64,000 bases of DNA from positions 1 to 64,000 of IMG/VR virus record IMGVR_UViG_3300022305_000835. One strand, written 5' to 3'. A program made the position numbers and the translations under genes. The stretch comes from a virus (Duplodnaviria; Caudoviricetes). The notes below the pieces were generated by a model. That model did not search any database. It was not told the DNA's origin and worked only from the letters and a program-made list of their open reading frames with translations. Shown here piece after piece: positions 1 through 10,535 of this stretch. Each line of letters begins with the position of its first letter. Within the stretch, counting starts at the first letter, position 1.

Positions 1-139
1 TTACTGTGTCAATTGCACCGTCGATAACAGTATCGACAATGGTTTCTACTACGTCATGCGGCAAAATAGGCACAGCCGTTTCAATAGCTACTTCTGCTAC
101 GTCTTTTACTGATTCTACAATCTGATCAAATAATGACAT
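1..139 (-). CDS. Hypothetical acidic protein, runs off the window edge (MSLFDQIVESVKDVAEVAIETAVPILPHDVVETIVDTVIDGAIDTV...)
   Basis: Hand-translated; ATG at 139 preceded by GGAG RBS; no stop before position 1. Confidence 0.6.
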   Translation of the reverse strand, partial: MSLFDQIVESVKDVAEVAIETAVPILPHDVVETIVDTVIDGAIDTV

Positions 140-357
140 GGTTACGCTCCTAATTAAGTGGTGGGTTTATACATCTCCGCCAGCTTGCGGCATTGTAAAG
201 ATATTTGGGGTTGTCCTGTCAGCCATTCGTAACTCCGGGTTTTGCTAGGTAGAAACCGCCTAGCTCGGTTGTGAGGGAAATCCCTCAATTCTTTATTTGG
301 CAGGCCATTTCCTCGACTTGCCTGGATTGATTACGTCTTGATATTAGTATGCATATA

Positions 358-573
358 TTATTCCAGTACTGGTTCAGGTTGTATTGCTTCTTCTTCAATT
401 ACAGGAGCAATATATCTACCATCTTCCTGTCTAACCCAACCATTTTGAACATCATCTGCAATTGGGTAAAGTGTATCCACAATTGCAGGAACAAAACAAT
501 CCTCAATTGCAAAGCCTTCCATAAGTGTGATGATTTCGACCACACTATTATCTATAATTCGTCCGTATCTCAT
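358..573 (-). CDS. Small tail-fibre-associated/assembly protein
   Basis: Last gene of the tail cassette; start MRYGR at 573; acidic ~71 aa, typical of proteins following Gly-rich tail genes. Confidence 0.5.
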   Translation of the reverse strand: MRYGRIIDNSVVEIITLMEGFAIEDCFVPAIVDTLYPIADDVQNGWVRQEDGRYIAPVIEEEAIQPEPVLE

Positions 574-577
574 AATT

Positions 578-1306
578 TCACCACTCCACAATGACTAAAC
601 CTTGACCACCGTTACCCGCCGTTGAACCCCCACCGCCGCCACCGGGGATACCACCAGCACACGCGAAAGTGCCACTTCCGCCACCCCCGCCGTTTATTCC
701 GTTTTGCGCAGTACCCCCGCCGCCGCCAGTACCAATAAAATCAATAGAAAACTGCTGTAACCCCGATGTTGGGGGAAAGAGGACAGTAGTACTTGCTTTG
801 CCGCCAATACCTAAAAAACCAAAGCCGCTAAAAGTACTATTAGAACCCCCGCCAGCGCCGCCTTTACCTGCTATCTGTGTATTGCCGCCGCCGTTACCAA
901 TCAAGGAGGCCGAACCGCCACCACCGCAGCCATTAGCCCCGGCACCGCCGGTATTATTAATATCTCCGCCTGACCCGGTACCTGCCGTGCCACCAGAGCC
1001 GCCACCGCCTGCAGCAGAACAATAGGAACCAAAGGAAGAAGTACCACCGGCGGTTACACTTACATTACCGCCAGCGCCAACAGTCACTGCGACTGAAGTA
1101 ACCCTGGTTAAATCGTAAATGGTTTCCATTGAGAACCCACCACCACTGCCGCCGTTATACCCCCCGCCACCCCAAACTCTTGCTCGGACTTTACCGATGC
1201 CAAGGGGAACTGACCACGTACCGGAAGCAAAATATAGTTGAACCTGCCCTGTGCCAAATACACCGGAGATGGGGTTATAGCCTGTTGAGATTGTTTGAAT
1301 ACCCAT
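578..1306 (-). CDS. Glycine-rich tail-associated protein, paralog A
   Basis: GTWSVPLG..KVRARVWGGGG and G.GG.GLVIVEW terminus, the common phage Gly-rich domain; start MGIQT at 1306. Confidence 0.7.
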   Translation of the reverse strand: MGIQTISTGYNPISGVFGTGQVQLYFASGTWSVPLGIGKVRARVWGGGGYNGGSGGGFSMETIYDLTRVTSVAVTVGAGGNVSVTAGGTSSFGSYCSAAGGGGSGGTAGTGSGGDINNTGGAGANGCGGGGSASLIGNGGGNTQIAGKGGAGGGSNSTFSGFGFLGIGGKASTTVLFPPTSGLQQFSIDFIGTGGGGGTAQNGINGGGGGSGTFACAGGIPGGGGGGSTAGNGGQGLVIVEW

Positions 1307-1310
1307 TTTT

Positions 1311-2036
1311 TTACCACTCCACAATAACTAAACCAGTGCCGCTAGAACCACCAGAGCCGCCACCGCCGCCGGGAAAACCACCGCCACCACTAGCGCCTCC
1401 ACCTCCGCCGCCATTCACACCGGATTGATTGCCAGAACCACCGCCGCCAGCACCGATAAAATCAATGGAAAATATAGGGTCTAACCCTGTTGCGGCGTAA
1501 TGCTCCGTTGGGGTGTTTACGCTCTTAAAATACCCGCCAGTGCCTAAAAAGCCATTGCCCCCTGCATTACCCGCAACAGCACCGCCGCCTGATCCGCCAT
1601 TAAGTCCGTTAGTATTTGTTGCTGCCGCCGCGGCACCGCCATTACCAAACAAAGATGCGGCTCCGCCACCCGATGCGGATGTGCTATTGGCTAACCCCCC
1701 AGAATAATTAATATCCCCGCCCGAACCCGCACCTACGGCACCCGCAGATGTTGCCCCCCCAGTAGCAGAACAGTAAGAACCAAAGGATGATGTGCCCGCA
1801 GTAGCGCCGACTGTCACCGCAACAGAAGTAACACCGGTTAAGTCGTACACGGTTTTTAATGAAAACCCACCACCTGAACCAAAGCTACCACCACCACCAC
1901 CCCAAACCCTAGCTCGGACTTTACTGATGCCAAGAGGCACACTCCATGTACCAGAGGCGCTAAAGAATTGCACCTGCCCTGTGCCAAAAACCCCGGTGAT
2001 GGGGTTAAAGGCTTGCGATAAAGTTGGGATCGCCAT
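1311..2036 (-). CDS. Glycine-rich tail-associated protein, paralog B
   Basis: Same motifs as 578-1306; start overlaps the upstream stop (TAATG). Confidence 0.7.
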   Translation of the reverse strand: MAIPTLSQAFNPITGVFGTGQVQFFSASGTWSVPLGISKVRARVWGGGGGSFGSGGGFSLKTVYDLTGVTSVAVTVGATAGTSSFGSYCSATGGATSAGAVGAGSGGDINYSGGLANSTSASGGGAASLFGNGGAAAAATNTNGLNGGSGGGAVAGNAGGNGFLGTGGYFKSVNTPTEHYAATGLDPIFSIDFIGAGGGGSGNQSGVNGGGGGGASGGGGFPGGGGGSGGSSGTGLVIVEW

Positions 2037-3655
2037 TATTCAAGTCCTCGCAAGTTAACCGCTCTACCGGCTACAGTTCCCTTATTGCCGAAAACACCTT
2101 GGCCGGTGTAGTCAAAAGCAATGGGGGTAGCAACGCTAGGATAGTTAGTATTCAAAGTTGCAGGACCGTTAATAATTACGGAACCTGTGCTACCAGCACT
2201 GGCCGTACTAGCGGCAACACCCAGCAACACATACGAAGGCGCAGCAAAACTACCTGTGCCTGATAATAGAGTAGTTCCGTTTGTTAAAGTTTGCGATGAT
2301 ACTGTTGCTAAAGTTGGGTAGCTACTTGCATTCAAGTACCCAATTGCAACATTGCCGTTAGCCATACTGTTGCCAGTAATGCCATAAGACTGCGTAGCGC
2401 TATTTGCTAACCCAAGATTACCAAAGGTAACGGAGTAAGCCCCGCCACTAGTTGCTGTGCCAAGTGCGTAGTTAAGGTTAGTGCTACCGTCAACACTGAA
2501 TACCATAAAACCAGATGCTGTAGCAACTGCAACTATGTCATTTGATATACCAAAGCCAGCAGCGGCAAGGCTATAGCTGTAAATCAATGTTGGAGTACCC
2601 CCGCCAGTACCACCGGTGGAATAGATATATGCGGTCATAACACTAGATGAGTTGAAGTACACAACCATAAAGTTACCGTTGGCTAACGCGCATCCTGAAA
2701 ATCCGTAGGTCTGCGAACCGCCCGCGCTAGGAGTAAAAGTCCCGGAAGAAATTAAGCCCCCTGAAGAGATGTACCGTGATTGCCAATTAACCTGTAACGT
2801 ACTGTTTGCAATTGAATAGATATACATCGTATTAGAGTTAGTTCCTACTAACCCCATCATCACACCTTTAGTTCCATTTCCACTTGGGCCGGTTGGGCCG
2901 GTGCTGAAATAAGTTTGCCCCGCACCGTTATTCAATATTCCATAATAACCACTGCCGGTGTAGTTAGAAAAACCTACGCCGCCGGCAAAAGACGCAGCTA
3001 TCGCATAACCAGAACTATAGATAGCGGAACCCCAATTTGTAGGGCCGTCAATATTAGTACCTACACTGTTATATCTAAGATGTCTTTGGTTCCCGGCGCT
3101 GCTACTTACATACATTATGTAAAAGTTGCCATTAGCCATCGCCGCAATAGTTACTAACGATGGGTTACTGGTGTACAAGTCCGAAGTAGCTGTTGCTGCG
3201 GCTTTAACTACGGTTACTCCATCTGCCGCATACACAGCATATTTAATAACGCCGGAAGACCCGTTTTGCCAAGCGATCGCAATATTTCCCCCGACCAACC
3301 CCGTAACGCAGCAATTGCTGCTAGTAGCAACTGATTCAAGCACAGTGGGGCCACCTACTACCGTCCCCGCCGTTATGGTTGATCCGGTATAAACTGCTTG
3401 CGGAGGGCCTAGTGGGCCATAACATGTTTGTGGCCCTGTAGTACTCTGCGTGTTCTGCGCAGGAACACTACAAACAAGACTTCCCGTAGTCGGGAGAGAC
3501 ATAGACGCTGATCTAGGAAACCCTACTGAATTATTTGCAAAAGTATAAACGTAGTCTCCAGCGCTGAAACCTGTATCGGTATAAGCTGGAATAACGACAT
3601 GTGTTCCCGGCGCTACTGGCGCTTGAGATGCGATAGGGGTTATTGATCTTGACAT
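2036..3655 (-). CDS. Putative receptor-binding/tail protein with beta-propeller-like repeats
   Basis: 539 aa, S/T/G-rich, repeated LANGN-like (ALANGNF, AMANGNF, SMANGNV) blade motifs, in the tail operon. Confidence 0.55.
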   Translation of the reverse strand: MSRSITPIASQAPVAPGTHVVIPAYTDTGFSAGDYVYTFANNSVGFPRSASMSLPTTGSLVCSVPAQNTQSTTGPQTCYGPLGPPQAVYTGSTITAGTVVGGPTVLESVATSSNCCVTGLVGGNIAIAWQNGSSGVIKYAVYAADGVTVVKAAATATSDLYTSNPSLVTIAAMANGNFYIMYVSSSAGNQRHLRYNSVGTNIDGPTNWGSAIYSSGYAIAASFAGGVGFSNYTGSGYYGILNNGAGQTYFSTGPTGPSGNGTKGVMMGLVGTNSNTMYIYSIANSTLQVNWQSRYISSGGLISSGTFTPSAGGSQTYGFSGCALANGNFMVVYFNSSSVMTAYIYSTGGTGGGTPTLIYSYSLAAAGFGISNDIVAVATASGFMVFSVDGSTNLNYALGTATSGGAYSVTFGNLGLANSATQSYGITGNSMANGNVAIGYLNASSYPTLATVSSQTLTNGTTLLSGTGSFAAPSYVLLGVAASTASAGSTGSVIINGPATLNTNYPSVATPIAFDYTGQGVFGNKGTVAGRAVNLRGLE

Positions 3656-3658
3656 GTT

Positions 3659-3970
3659 TTACTCCTCGTATCCATAAACGCTGACGCTAACGCCATCAAA
3701 ACTAGCATAAACCACCACGTTCTTAGCTGCATTGGCAACTATGCCACCGCGCTCTAACACACCCTTACCGGCAAGCACCGTGTCATATTCAATATAATCA
3801 TCTGTCGTCGGAGTTCCTGTCGAGGCAATAGCCAAACGAACTGCGATTGGGGAGTTGGTTGTATTTGTAATGCTAACATTAAACGTGGCTGTCTTGCTTG
3901 CCGGAACCGTATACACCAAAGTGTTAGTATTCGCTGCCAACGATGCTTGCCCTAAAATTCCTGTTGCCAT
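3659..3970 (-). CDS. Small virion/tail protein
   Basis: 103 aa beta-rich (TLVYTVPASKTAT...YIEYD..L) type often seen beside phage tail fibres. Confidence 0.5.
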   Translation of the reverse strand: MATGILGQASLAANTNTLVYTVPASKTATFNVSITNTTNSPIAVRLAIASTGTPTTDDYIEYDTVLAGKGVLERGGIVANAAKNVVVYASFDGVSVSVYGYEE

Positions 3971-3982
3971 AATTATGTTCCT

Positions 3983-5704
3983 TTAAAAATTTGAGAAAAA
4001 ATAGATTTTTGAACTACTTGCACCTATAGGTGCTGCTACTGGCGTTTGCCAAGTTGCTGTCGTACCAGCAGTAGCCATTAAGACTTGACCTACCGTTGGA
4101 GCAGCCGCAGCACTAACTGAAACAGTTGTTGTGGCTGACTTCAAGCCATAACCAACTGCATCTGTGCAATTAGTCAAAATGCCACTTGTTGGTGTTCCTA
4201 AAATTGGAGTAACTAATGTAGGGGAGGTCGCAAACACTAAACTTCCTGTTCCAGTCTCATTTGAAATTACACCAGCCAATTGAGCAGAAGTTGTGGCAGC
4301 AAACTGATTTAAACCATTAGCAATATTAGCAGGTACATAACCTAATCCAATCTCTATTGTTGCCCAATTAGCTGTAGTTTGTCCTGGGGTATCAATAAGA
4401 GCCCTAACATTAGTACCAACTGAAAATCCTAACAACACTCCCGCAGTAGCAATTACAGATATAGTCCAGATGTCTCCTTTAAGGATTGCACCAGCAGTGC
4501 CTGAACCACCCGTAGTTGGGTAGGTATTAACAGATGCATCAAATGAGCCTCTATCATCCCATAAGCCTACAACTAACGTGTCTGCATAGGCTTTAGCAGA
4601 ATTGAGAACTATAGTATCAGCCTGTGCTTGTGGAGCTGAAACTGGTTTAGTAGAGTCAGGTGTATTATCTATATTAGCTAACCCAACAGCAGTTTTATCT
4701 AGTATTACCCAAGATTTATCACCACGATAATACTGATTTGTAGCACCAGCAGCAAGTACAGGCTCTTTCTCAGATGCTAATTCATTAATAGCACCTTGCA
4801 TCGTAGTGGAAGAAATAGAACCAGAAGGAATATTAGCAATGTTTGTAGCTGTAGCAGTAGGGTCTTTCCAAGCAGCTAAATCACTAGAGGAAGCAGTTAA
4901 TACTTGTCCTACTGTTGGAGCAGTAGCACCAGACACAATAACACTAGTTGTAAGAGACTTAAGTGCATTTGTGATACCAGCAGTAAAACTAGCACCAGTA
5001 CCTGATATATTGGTACCAACAAGAGCAGATGGAGTACCTAAGTTAGGTGTCGTTAATGTAGGGCTAATTGAGAATACTAAATTACCCGAACCAGTTTCAT
5101 CAGTAACAGCAGCTAGTAGATTAGCACTTGTGGGTGTTGCCATAAATGCTGCAATACCTGCAGCTAATCCAGCTACACCAGTACTGATGGGTAATCCGGT
5201 AGCATTTGTTAAGACACCAGATGCAGGAGTTCCTAATACAGGAGCTGTAAATGTTTTATTGGTTAATGTGGCTGTTGTAGTTCGTTCAGTTACTACAAAG
5301 GCAGTAGTAGCTATAGTGGTATCATTTGTTGTTGAAGTTTGTGTTGGAGCTTTAGGAGTATTAATAAAGACAGGACTATCTAAGTCTGCCTTATTTTTAA
5401 AAGTATCTGCAGTTAATCGAGCTTCTACCCTATCTCCTATATTAAATAAAGATGCAGCAGCGCCTTCTACAGTCCTAACGACTGTTAAAATATTCCCAAC
5501 CCAGGAAGTTACTTTAACAACTTCATGTCCCGAGTCATTTAAACCTGCTCTACGAAATAATGTAAGTAAGAAGTAATTACCAGCATTTGCACCAGTAAGG
5601 GGAATAAGTCCCACTGTACTAGATAAGTTTAATACAGTATCAGTTGCACCAAATGTACTAGATATTGTTGTAGAGAAATTATTTATAAATAACTGTGTCA
5701 TCAT
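3983..5704 (-). CDS. Tail fibre protein
   Basis: 573 aa; [45 protein letters not shown] fibre motifs. Confidence 0.75.
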   Translation of the reverse strand: MMTQLFINNFSTTISSTFGATDTVLNLSSTVGLIPLTGANAGNYFLLTLFRRAGLNDSGHEVVKVTSWVGNILTVVRTVEGAAASLFNIGDRVEARLTADTFKNKADLDSPVFINTPKAPTQTSTTNDTTIATTAFVVTERTTTATLTNKTFTAPVLGTPASGVLTNATGLPISTGVAGLAAGIAAFMATPTSANLLAAVTDETGSGNLVFSISPTLTTPNLGTPSALVGTNISGTGASFTAGITNALKSLTTSVIVSGATAPTVGQVLTASSSDLAAWKDPTATATNIANIPSGSISSTTMQGAINELASEKEPVLAAGATNQYYRGDKSWVILDKTAVGLANIDNTPDSTKPVSAPQAQADTIVLNSAKAYADTLVVGLWDDRGSFDASVNTYPTTGGSGTAGAILKGDIWTISVIATAGVLLGFSVGTNVRALIDTPGQTTANWATIEIGLGYVPANIANGLNQFAATTSAQLAGVISNETGTGSLVFATSPTLVTPILGTPTSGILTNCTDAVGYGLKSATTTVSVSAAAAPTVGQVLMATAGTTATWQTPVAAPIGASSSKIYFFSNF

Positions 5705-5997
5705 TTAACCTTCAATTTAAAGTTAGGCCAGCGTACACCATGAGTATTAACAGGATCATATGTTGTTATCCAACATGTATGAGTACCTTTATCTATTTCA
5801 GATAATAAGGGTCCTATTGATATCTCAACAATACCTTCATCTTTTTCAGTAAATATGTCCTGATTTGTAAAGATACGTCCATTTGATAATTCTAGTTTAT
5901 ATGATGATAGTTGCATTAAATTAACAGAAGACTCTCCCCGCATGAACTGCAGAGAGAACGTATTATCCAATCCTGCGAAGAGAGTTTCTACGATCAT
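5701..5997 (-). CDS. Putative tail/baseplate-like small protein
   Basis: 98-aa ORF coupled to neighbours in the tail operon. Confidence 0.45.
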   Translation of the reverse strand: MIVETLFAGLDNTFSLQFMRGESSVNLMQLSSYKLELSNGRIFTNQDIFTEKDEGIVEISIGPLLSEIDKGTHTCWITTYDPVNTHGVRWPNFKLKVK

Positions 5998-5999
5998 AA

Positions 6000-6431
6000 T
6001 TAATCGTTAATTTGATAGAATAAATCATCAACAGTTACAGTAGCACCCACACCTGTAACAGTCTTATTAGTACCATAGTCTCTGGCCATTAAGATTGTAC
6101 CTGTAGTATTACCAGTTGGGGTAGTAGCTAATACAGCCCAGCGAAGAGTTTGCCAATCATCTACTGTTGTAACCCAAGATTGATCATTCAAACGTACACG
6201 GATACCACCAACACCTGCTTCTACAGTCCAATCAGCAGGAGCAAGTGTTTTACCTGCAACATATCCCCCACCTAATTGCTCAAACGAAGCAATGTCTACT
6301 AGAGTTGTAGCTTCAACAATAGATGCCTCATCTCGATAAAGTCTAAGATATAAACTAGAAGGGCTTGCACCTCCTTTAAAATAAGCTGAAAGAAGTACGG
6401 TACGTAATTCTGATGATACTAAATTTGCCAT
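6000..6431 (-). CDS. Putative tail protein
   Basis: 143 aa; LYLRLY...GGGYV.GKTL....W pattern typical of small phage tail proteins. Confidence 0.5.
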   Translation of the reverse strand: MANLVSSELRTVLLSAYFKGGASPSSLYLRLYRDEASIVEATTLVDIASFEQLGGGYVAGKTLAPADWTVEAGVGGIRVRLNDQSWVTTVDDWQTLRWAVLATTPTGNTTGTILMARDYGTNKTVTGVGATVTVDDLFYQIND

Positions 6432-6433
6432 GA

Positions 6434-8086
6434 TTAGGTGTCCTGTTTTGGAGTAAGAATAGTTAATTGCTGTGTTGCCGACTTAAGGTATATAGCCCAA
6501 GTATTTAAATTAGGATCTATAAAAGACCCTGATATAAAACCTTGTATCATATTACTAGAGAAGACACCATACCGCAATACGGGGGATAATACCTGTTTAG
6601 CACTTAAAGTACTAGAACTGTATATTGCACCCTGAAGGTTAATAGTTAATAACAGTTGGGAATTTAGTGCACCATTTCCCTGTACTCCTTTAGATAGAAT
6701 ACATGATTTAAAATATTTAGCAGATAAAGTTGTTGAGTTAGATATTGCAAAAGTTAAATTAGGAGATGCTTTGAGTTGGCCTGATACGTGACTAATAGTT
6801 CCAGTGTTGCCTACTGTTGTTAACAATTTAGCGGATATCTTATATAAAGCAGATATAAAATTAATGCTTCCAGTAAATCCACCTATTCTAGTGCTAGAAA
6901 TAATAATTAGTCCATCTACCCTAGTTATAGGTGAAAATACCCCTTTAGATAGTAACGCAGTAATGTGTAAGTCTCCTGTACGTATCAAGGAGTTGGATCT
7001 AATATTTCCAGTAAGAATAGCAGATACTTGAGAATTCCCTCCAAGTACATTATTTCCGTATATGCCTCCAGTCACAACATTGGTTATTAGGTATTTTGTT
7101 TGTATTTGTGAATTTGAATAGTTTCCTCCTTGTAATCCCGATGAAATACGTAAGAATGTATCCCCTACTTTAGATCGTTTAAATACAACTACAGTTGGAT
7201 GCAGCATAGCATCTATACGATATTTACCTCCAAGTGTTCCTGAATTTATTGGACCAGAAGAAACTACAAGAGACTGCTTAATAGCACCCCGAACTATATT
7301 AAATGATATAAGTCCTCCATTCAGTCCCCTACCTCCGTGAATAGCTGTTGTATCTAGGGAGGATGTTGATTGTATTCCTGAGAAGAACTTAGGCTGTACT
7401 TTAATAATGCCATCTATAGAAATATTTGAACTAAGCTTACTATTAGTAAACCTAGCTGATTTTTTATATCCTCCTCCAATACTTGATGATGAATATGTTC
7501 CTTCAGCTTTTAATCTTATTCCCTTGTTAACAATTGTAAGTAATCCATTTAAAGCAGCAATCTTTTTAATACCTGAATATATTATCCTATATTTATTAGA
7601 TTTAAAATCGCCATACACCTCTGAAAAAGAACTACATCCATCTAATCCTACTCTGCTACCAACTAAGATATTTGATGTATATATACTAGAATCACTTCCT
7701 ACAGTGTCTTTGGATTTTAGGAGGATGTGGGTAACTATTTGACCACCAACACTATCAAGTTGGATCCACGAACCTGATAGTTTAGGGGCCCAATGGATAT
7801 TTCCATATACCGAAGAAGTTTTTCGTACCCCTCCAATAAGTTTAGGAGACCAGAATAACTTTCCTCCTATAACCATATTTGAGAATGTTCCTCCAATTAA
7901 TCTAGCAACAACATCCCCACCTAAAGCAGGGTATGAGATTACACCTCCTTGTAGTCGAATATAGGTGCGTAATTGTGTAGACATATAGGATGTAACTGGC
8001 CCAAATCCTCCGAATCCGAGCCAGTTTTCCCCTATATATACACCTGCATTTAGATTGGAGGCGTTAATAGGTGAATCTGCTATCAT
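6434..8086 (-). CDS. Low-complexity beta-rich virion protein
   Basis: 550 aa, G/S/I/L-rich quasi-repeats, N-terminal SPINASNLN motif, in the tail operon. Confidence 0.45.
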   Translation of the reverse strand: MIADSPINASNLNAGVYIGENWLGFGGFGPVTSYMSTQLRTYIRLQGGVISYPALGGDVVARLIGGTFSNMVIGGKLFWSPKLIGGVRKTSSVYGNIHWAPKLSGSWIQLDSVGGQIVTHILLKSKDTVGSDSSIYTSNILVGSRVGLDGCSSFSEVYGDFKSNKYRIIYSGIKKIAALNGLLTIVNKGIRLKAEGTYSSSSIGGGYKKSARFTNSKLSSNISIDGIIKVQPKFFSGIQSTSSLDTTAIHGGRGLNGGLISFNIVRGAIKQSLVVSSGPINSGTLGGKYRIDAMLHPTVVVFKRSKVGDTFLRISSGLQGGNYSNSQIQTKYLITNVVTGGIYGNNVLGGNSQVSAILTGNIRSNSLIRTGDLHITALLSKGVFSPITRVDGLIIISSTRIGGFTGSINFISALYKISAKLLTTVGNTGTISHVSGQLKASPNLTFAISNSTTLSAKYFKSCILSKGVQGNGALNSQLLLTINLQGAIYSSSTLSAKQVLSPVLRYGVFSSNMIQGFISGSFIDPNLNTWAIYLKSATQQLTILTPKQDT

Positions 8087-8136
8087 TATCTTGTTCCTAT
8101 AGCGAGTGCTTTAAATAACCCATTGTCACAGAAATA

Positions 8137-8859
8137 CTAAAAATAATCTATGTCAAGGCTTTGATTAAATTCCCAAGGCCGTTGAAATGTATAAAGTAGG
8201 AGTCGTTCTGGTTTTTTATTTATAAATGTAATACTCGCTAATACTAATGGATGAAACCTACCAGGACCTAATCCAAAAATATCAAAGTGTCCTGCACGAT
8301 ATAACTTAGGGTCAGTATTTAAAGTATGTACATGGTGCTCACCATAAGGAATAGGAAGCTGATAATATTCAGCAACCTTGTCCAGAAGAGAGGTTCCTGC
8401 AGTACATACAAAAAATATTTCCACCTCATCCGTATCATCATATTTAGCATCCCCAACACAATAAGAAATTAAAGGACATATGTCATATTGATCATATGTA
8501 TCCCCAACATCATAAGAAAAAATCCGATTATTAAACCATCTACTAGGCTCATAGTGTTTAACTCGAATAGTTCCAGCTTCAGAATATTCATGCCCTTCCC
8601 ACCAAACAAGACCAGGTTTACAAATATGAACATAGTCAACTAATGTTTTATCATAGCGTAAAGAACAAACTAATTCTGCTTGATATGTATTAATATTTAT
8701 CCGCACATCTAGCCCAGGTAAGAATTCTTTAGGATTTCCTGTAACAATATCAGTCCCATATTCATAACACTGCCCAGCATTAAACCAGGCAGATCCAAAC
8801 AGAATAGGGGACCATAATGCTTGGTTCACCTGAGGATATAAGTTAGTAATGTATTTCAT
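8137..8859 (-). CDS. Hypothetical tail-tip-associated protein
   Basis: 240-aa ORF overlapping the upstream stop (ATGA). Confidence 0.45.
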   Translation of the reverse strand: MKYITNLYPQVNQALWSPILFGSAWFNAGQCYEYGTDIVTGNPKEFLPGLDVRININTYQAELVCSLRYDKTLVDYVHICKPGLVWWEGHEYSEAGTIRVKHYEPSRWFNNRIFSYDVGDTYDQYDICPLISYCVGDAKYDDTDEVEIFFVCTAGTSLLDKVAEYYQLPIPYGEHHVHTLNTDPKLYRAGHFDIFGLGPGRFHPLVLASITFINKKPERLLLYTFQRPWEFNQSLDIDYF

Positions 8860-10535
8860 CTGTATAAGGATGCATCTGAGATAAGAACATTATTATTAAG
8901 GAGGTTAACTGTTTTATTTTTATAAGGTGCTTGACCTACAATAACTGTCTGACCCTTTTTACTTATTAATAAATCAAGAAACTTACCAATAACTACACCA
9001 GTAAGACCAAAAGTAACAAAACCGGCTAAACTCCCCAATACAGACCCCCATGAAGCACCACCTTTATCATTCTGAGTTATATACATATATCCCGATTTAT
9101 ATACACACCATCCAGCAGCGAAATTAGACCCAGAAACACTATAAGTTTGATGGTACATCACCCACCAATTGTCAGTTTTTCGGATTTTCTGATCAGCTTC
9201 AAACCACCCGCCTGGGGATATCTTAGACCCTCGAATAGTTCTAGAATACACAGCCTGAGCTAATGCAGGAACACAGAACATTACATTATTAGGGGCTATT
9301 ATTGCATTCAAATCTGTATACTTTTTCTGATTATCACATCTAAAATTAAAATCTAACTTAATGTTATAATAGTCAACTGTATAATTCTCTGAATTAACAG
9401 GGGCAACTCCGCCATTCATTGGAATAGAAGGAGAAGTACTTTGAATAGAAGATAAAATTGCTAGAGGTTTACGTCTACTATCAAATGCAATAGTTGTACC
9501 ATCTTTTAAATAGGTAACAATTCCATTTTCATTAGAGGTAGGCAAAGGAAGATCCTTTGCTCGTTTAAATACTAGGATATTAGGAGCTCTAGCATTATCC
9601 CCTGATTGAATAACATCAAGCTTCCAAAATCCCGAAGTATAATACTGCCGTAGTACACCATAGGAGTCGGTTTGATTTGTTGGATTAATAAAAAATAATG
9701 GAGAATAATCTTCAACGCCGGGTGTTTTGAATGTATGAATGTGACTTGATCCAATTTTATTAAAAGCAATCGCTGGACCTATTGCTGCATTATGTACATC
9801 AACATAGTTAAGATAATTGGTATAGGTTTCCTCAATATATACATCATACGCACCCTTACTTGCTAAATATGAAGCATCATATGCTGCCTTAATAACAGAT
9901 ACTGGGTTTTCATATACGGCTTCAATATTAGATGTACTAGTTGTTGTATATGCTGGGGTAATAATAGTAACTATATGAGTAACAGGATCCGTTGAGGTAA
10001 CAGCAGGATGGAATACTGTTGTAGTAACAGCAGTAATTGTTAAAATAGTAACAAACCCTAAATCACTTGTGCTTTGGTTCGTTGTTACGTTTCCAGCTGT
10101 AGTTCTACCATCTAACGCTTGAGAAGCAATTAGCGCAGCAGCTCCAGCAGCAGTAGCAAGAGCAATTCTATCAGCCTGAGCAGCAGGAATAACAGCATCT
10201 ACAGCAGCTTGAGCAATCTGAGCTTTTTCAGCAGCAGAGATAATACTAGGATTATAGTTTTCAATTTTATTAGTAGATGCAAGTACTGTCCCAGTATGAT
10301 CAGCATATCCAGCAAAATGAGGTGTTTCAATATCACTAGATATTATAGAGTGTCCGTCTGCATTTTTAACAGATATTCCATATAAAGAGTTATCCTCAGG
10401 TATACCAAAGTATTCATATTCAGGGTACTTCATATGCGAAGACCATTGCTCCCATGCGAGATCTAGCGCTCTTTGATAGTCATAATCTGAAAAATAATAA
10501 ATCCCACTAACTATACCAACAGCAGCCCCACTCAT
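8856..10535 (-). CDS. Tail-tip-associated protein
   Basis: 559 aa; YGISVKNADGHSIISSD and GIVTYLKDGTTIAFDSRRKPL motifs typical of genes downstream of J-like proteins. Confidence 0.5.
   Translation of the reverse strand: MSGAAVGIVSGIYYFSDYDYQRALDLAWEQWSSHMKYPEYEYFGIPEDNSLYGISVKNADGHSIISSDIETPHFAGYADHTGTVLASTNKIENYNPSIISAAEKAQIAQAAVDAVIPAAQADRIALATAAGAAALIASQALDGRTTAGNVTTNQSTSDLGFVTILTITAVTTTVFHPAVTSTDPVTHIVTIITPAYTTTSTSNIEAVYENPVSVIKAAYDASYLASKGAYDVYIEETYTNYLNYVDVHNAAIGPAIAFNKIGSSHIHTFKTPGVEDYSPLFFINPTNQTDSYGVLRQYYTSGFWKLDVIQSGDNARAPNILVFKRAKDLPLPTSNENGIVTYLKDGTTIAFDSRRKPLAILSSIQSTSPSIPMNGGVAPVNSENYTVDYYNIKLDFNFRCDNQKKYTDLNAIIAPNNVMFCVPALAQAVYSRTIRGSKISPGGWFEADQKIRKTDNWWVMYHQTYSVSGSNFAAGWCVYKSGYMYITQNDKGGASWGSVLGSLAGFVTFGLTGVVIGKFLDLLISKKGQTVIVGQAPYKNKTVNLLNNNVLISDASLYR

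Noticed and set aside
1-350. Prophage boundary / attachment site at the left edge
   Set aside because: No recognisable host gene, tRNA end or att repeat; the missing DNA polymerase and lysis genes are expected to continue beyond this edge.
578-2036. Diversity-generating retroelement (TR/VR pair) in the similar Gly-rich genes
   Set aside because: Differences are not adenine-restricted, both copies are full genes, and no reverse transcriptase is in the window.
669-2263. Plus-strand Pro-rich ORFs (669, 1129, 1513, 1792, 2024) and other antisense ORFs in the track
   Set aside because: Shadow frames of Gly/Ala-rich minus-strand genes with no RBS or operon context. The same applies to most short ORFs opposite vRNAP, portal and terminase.
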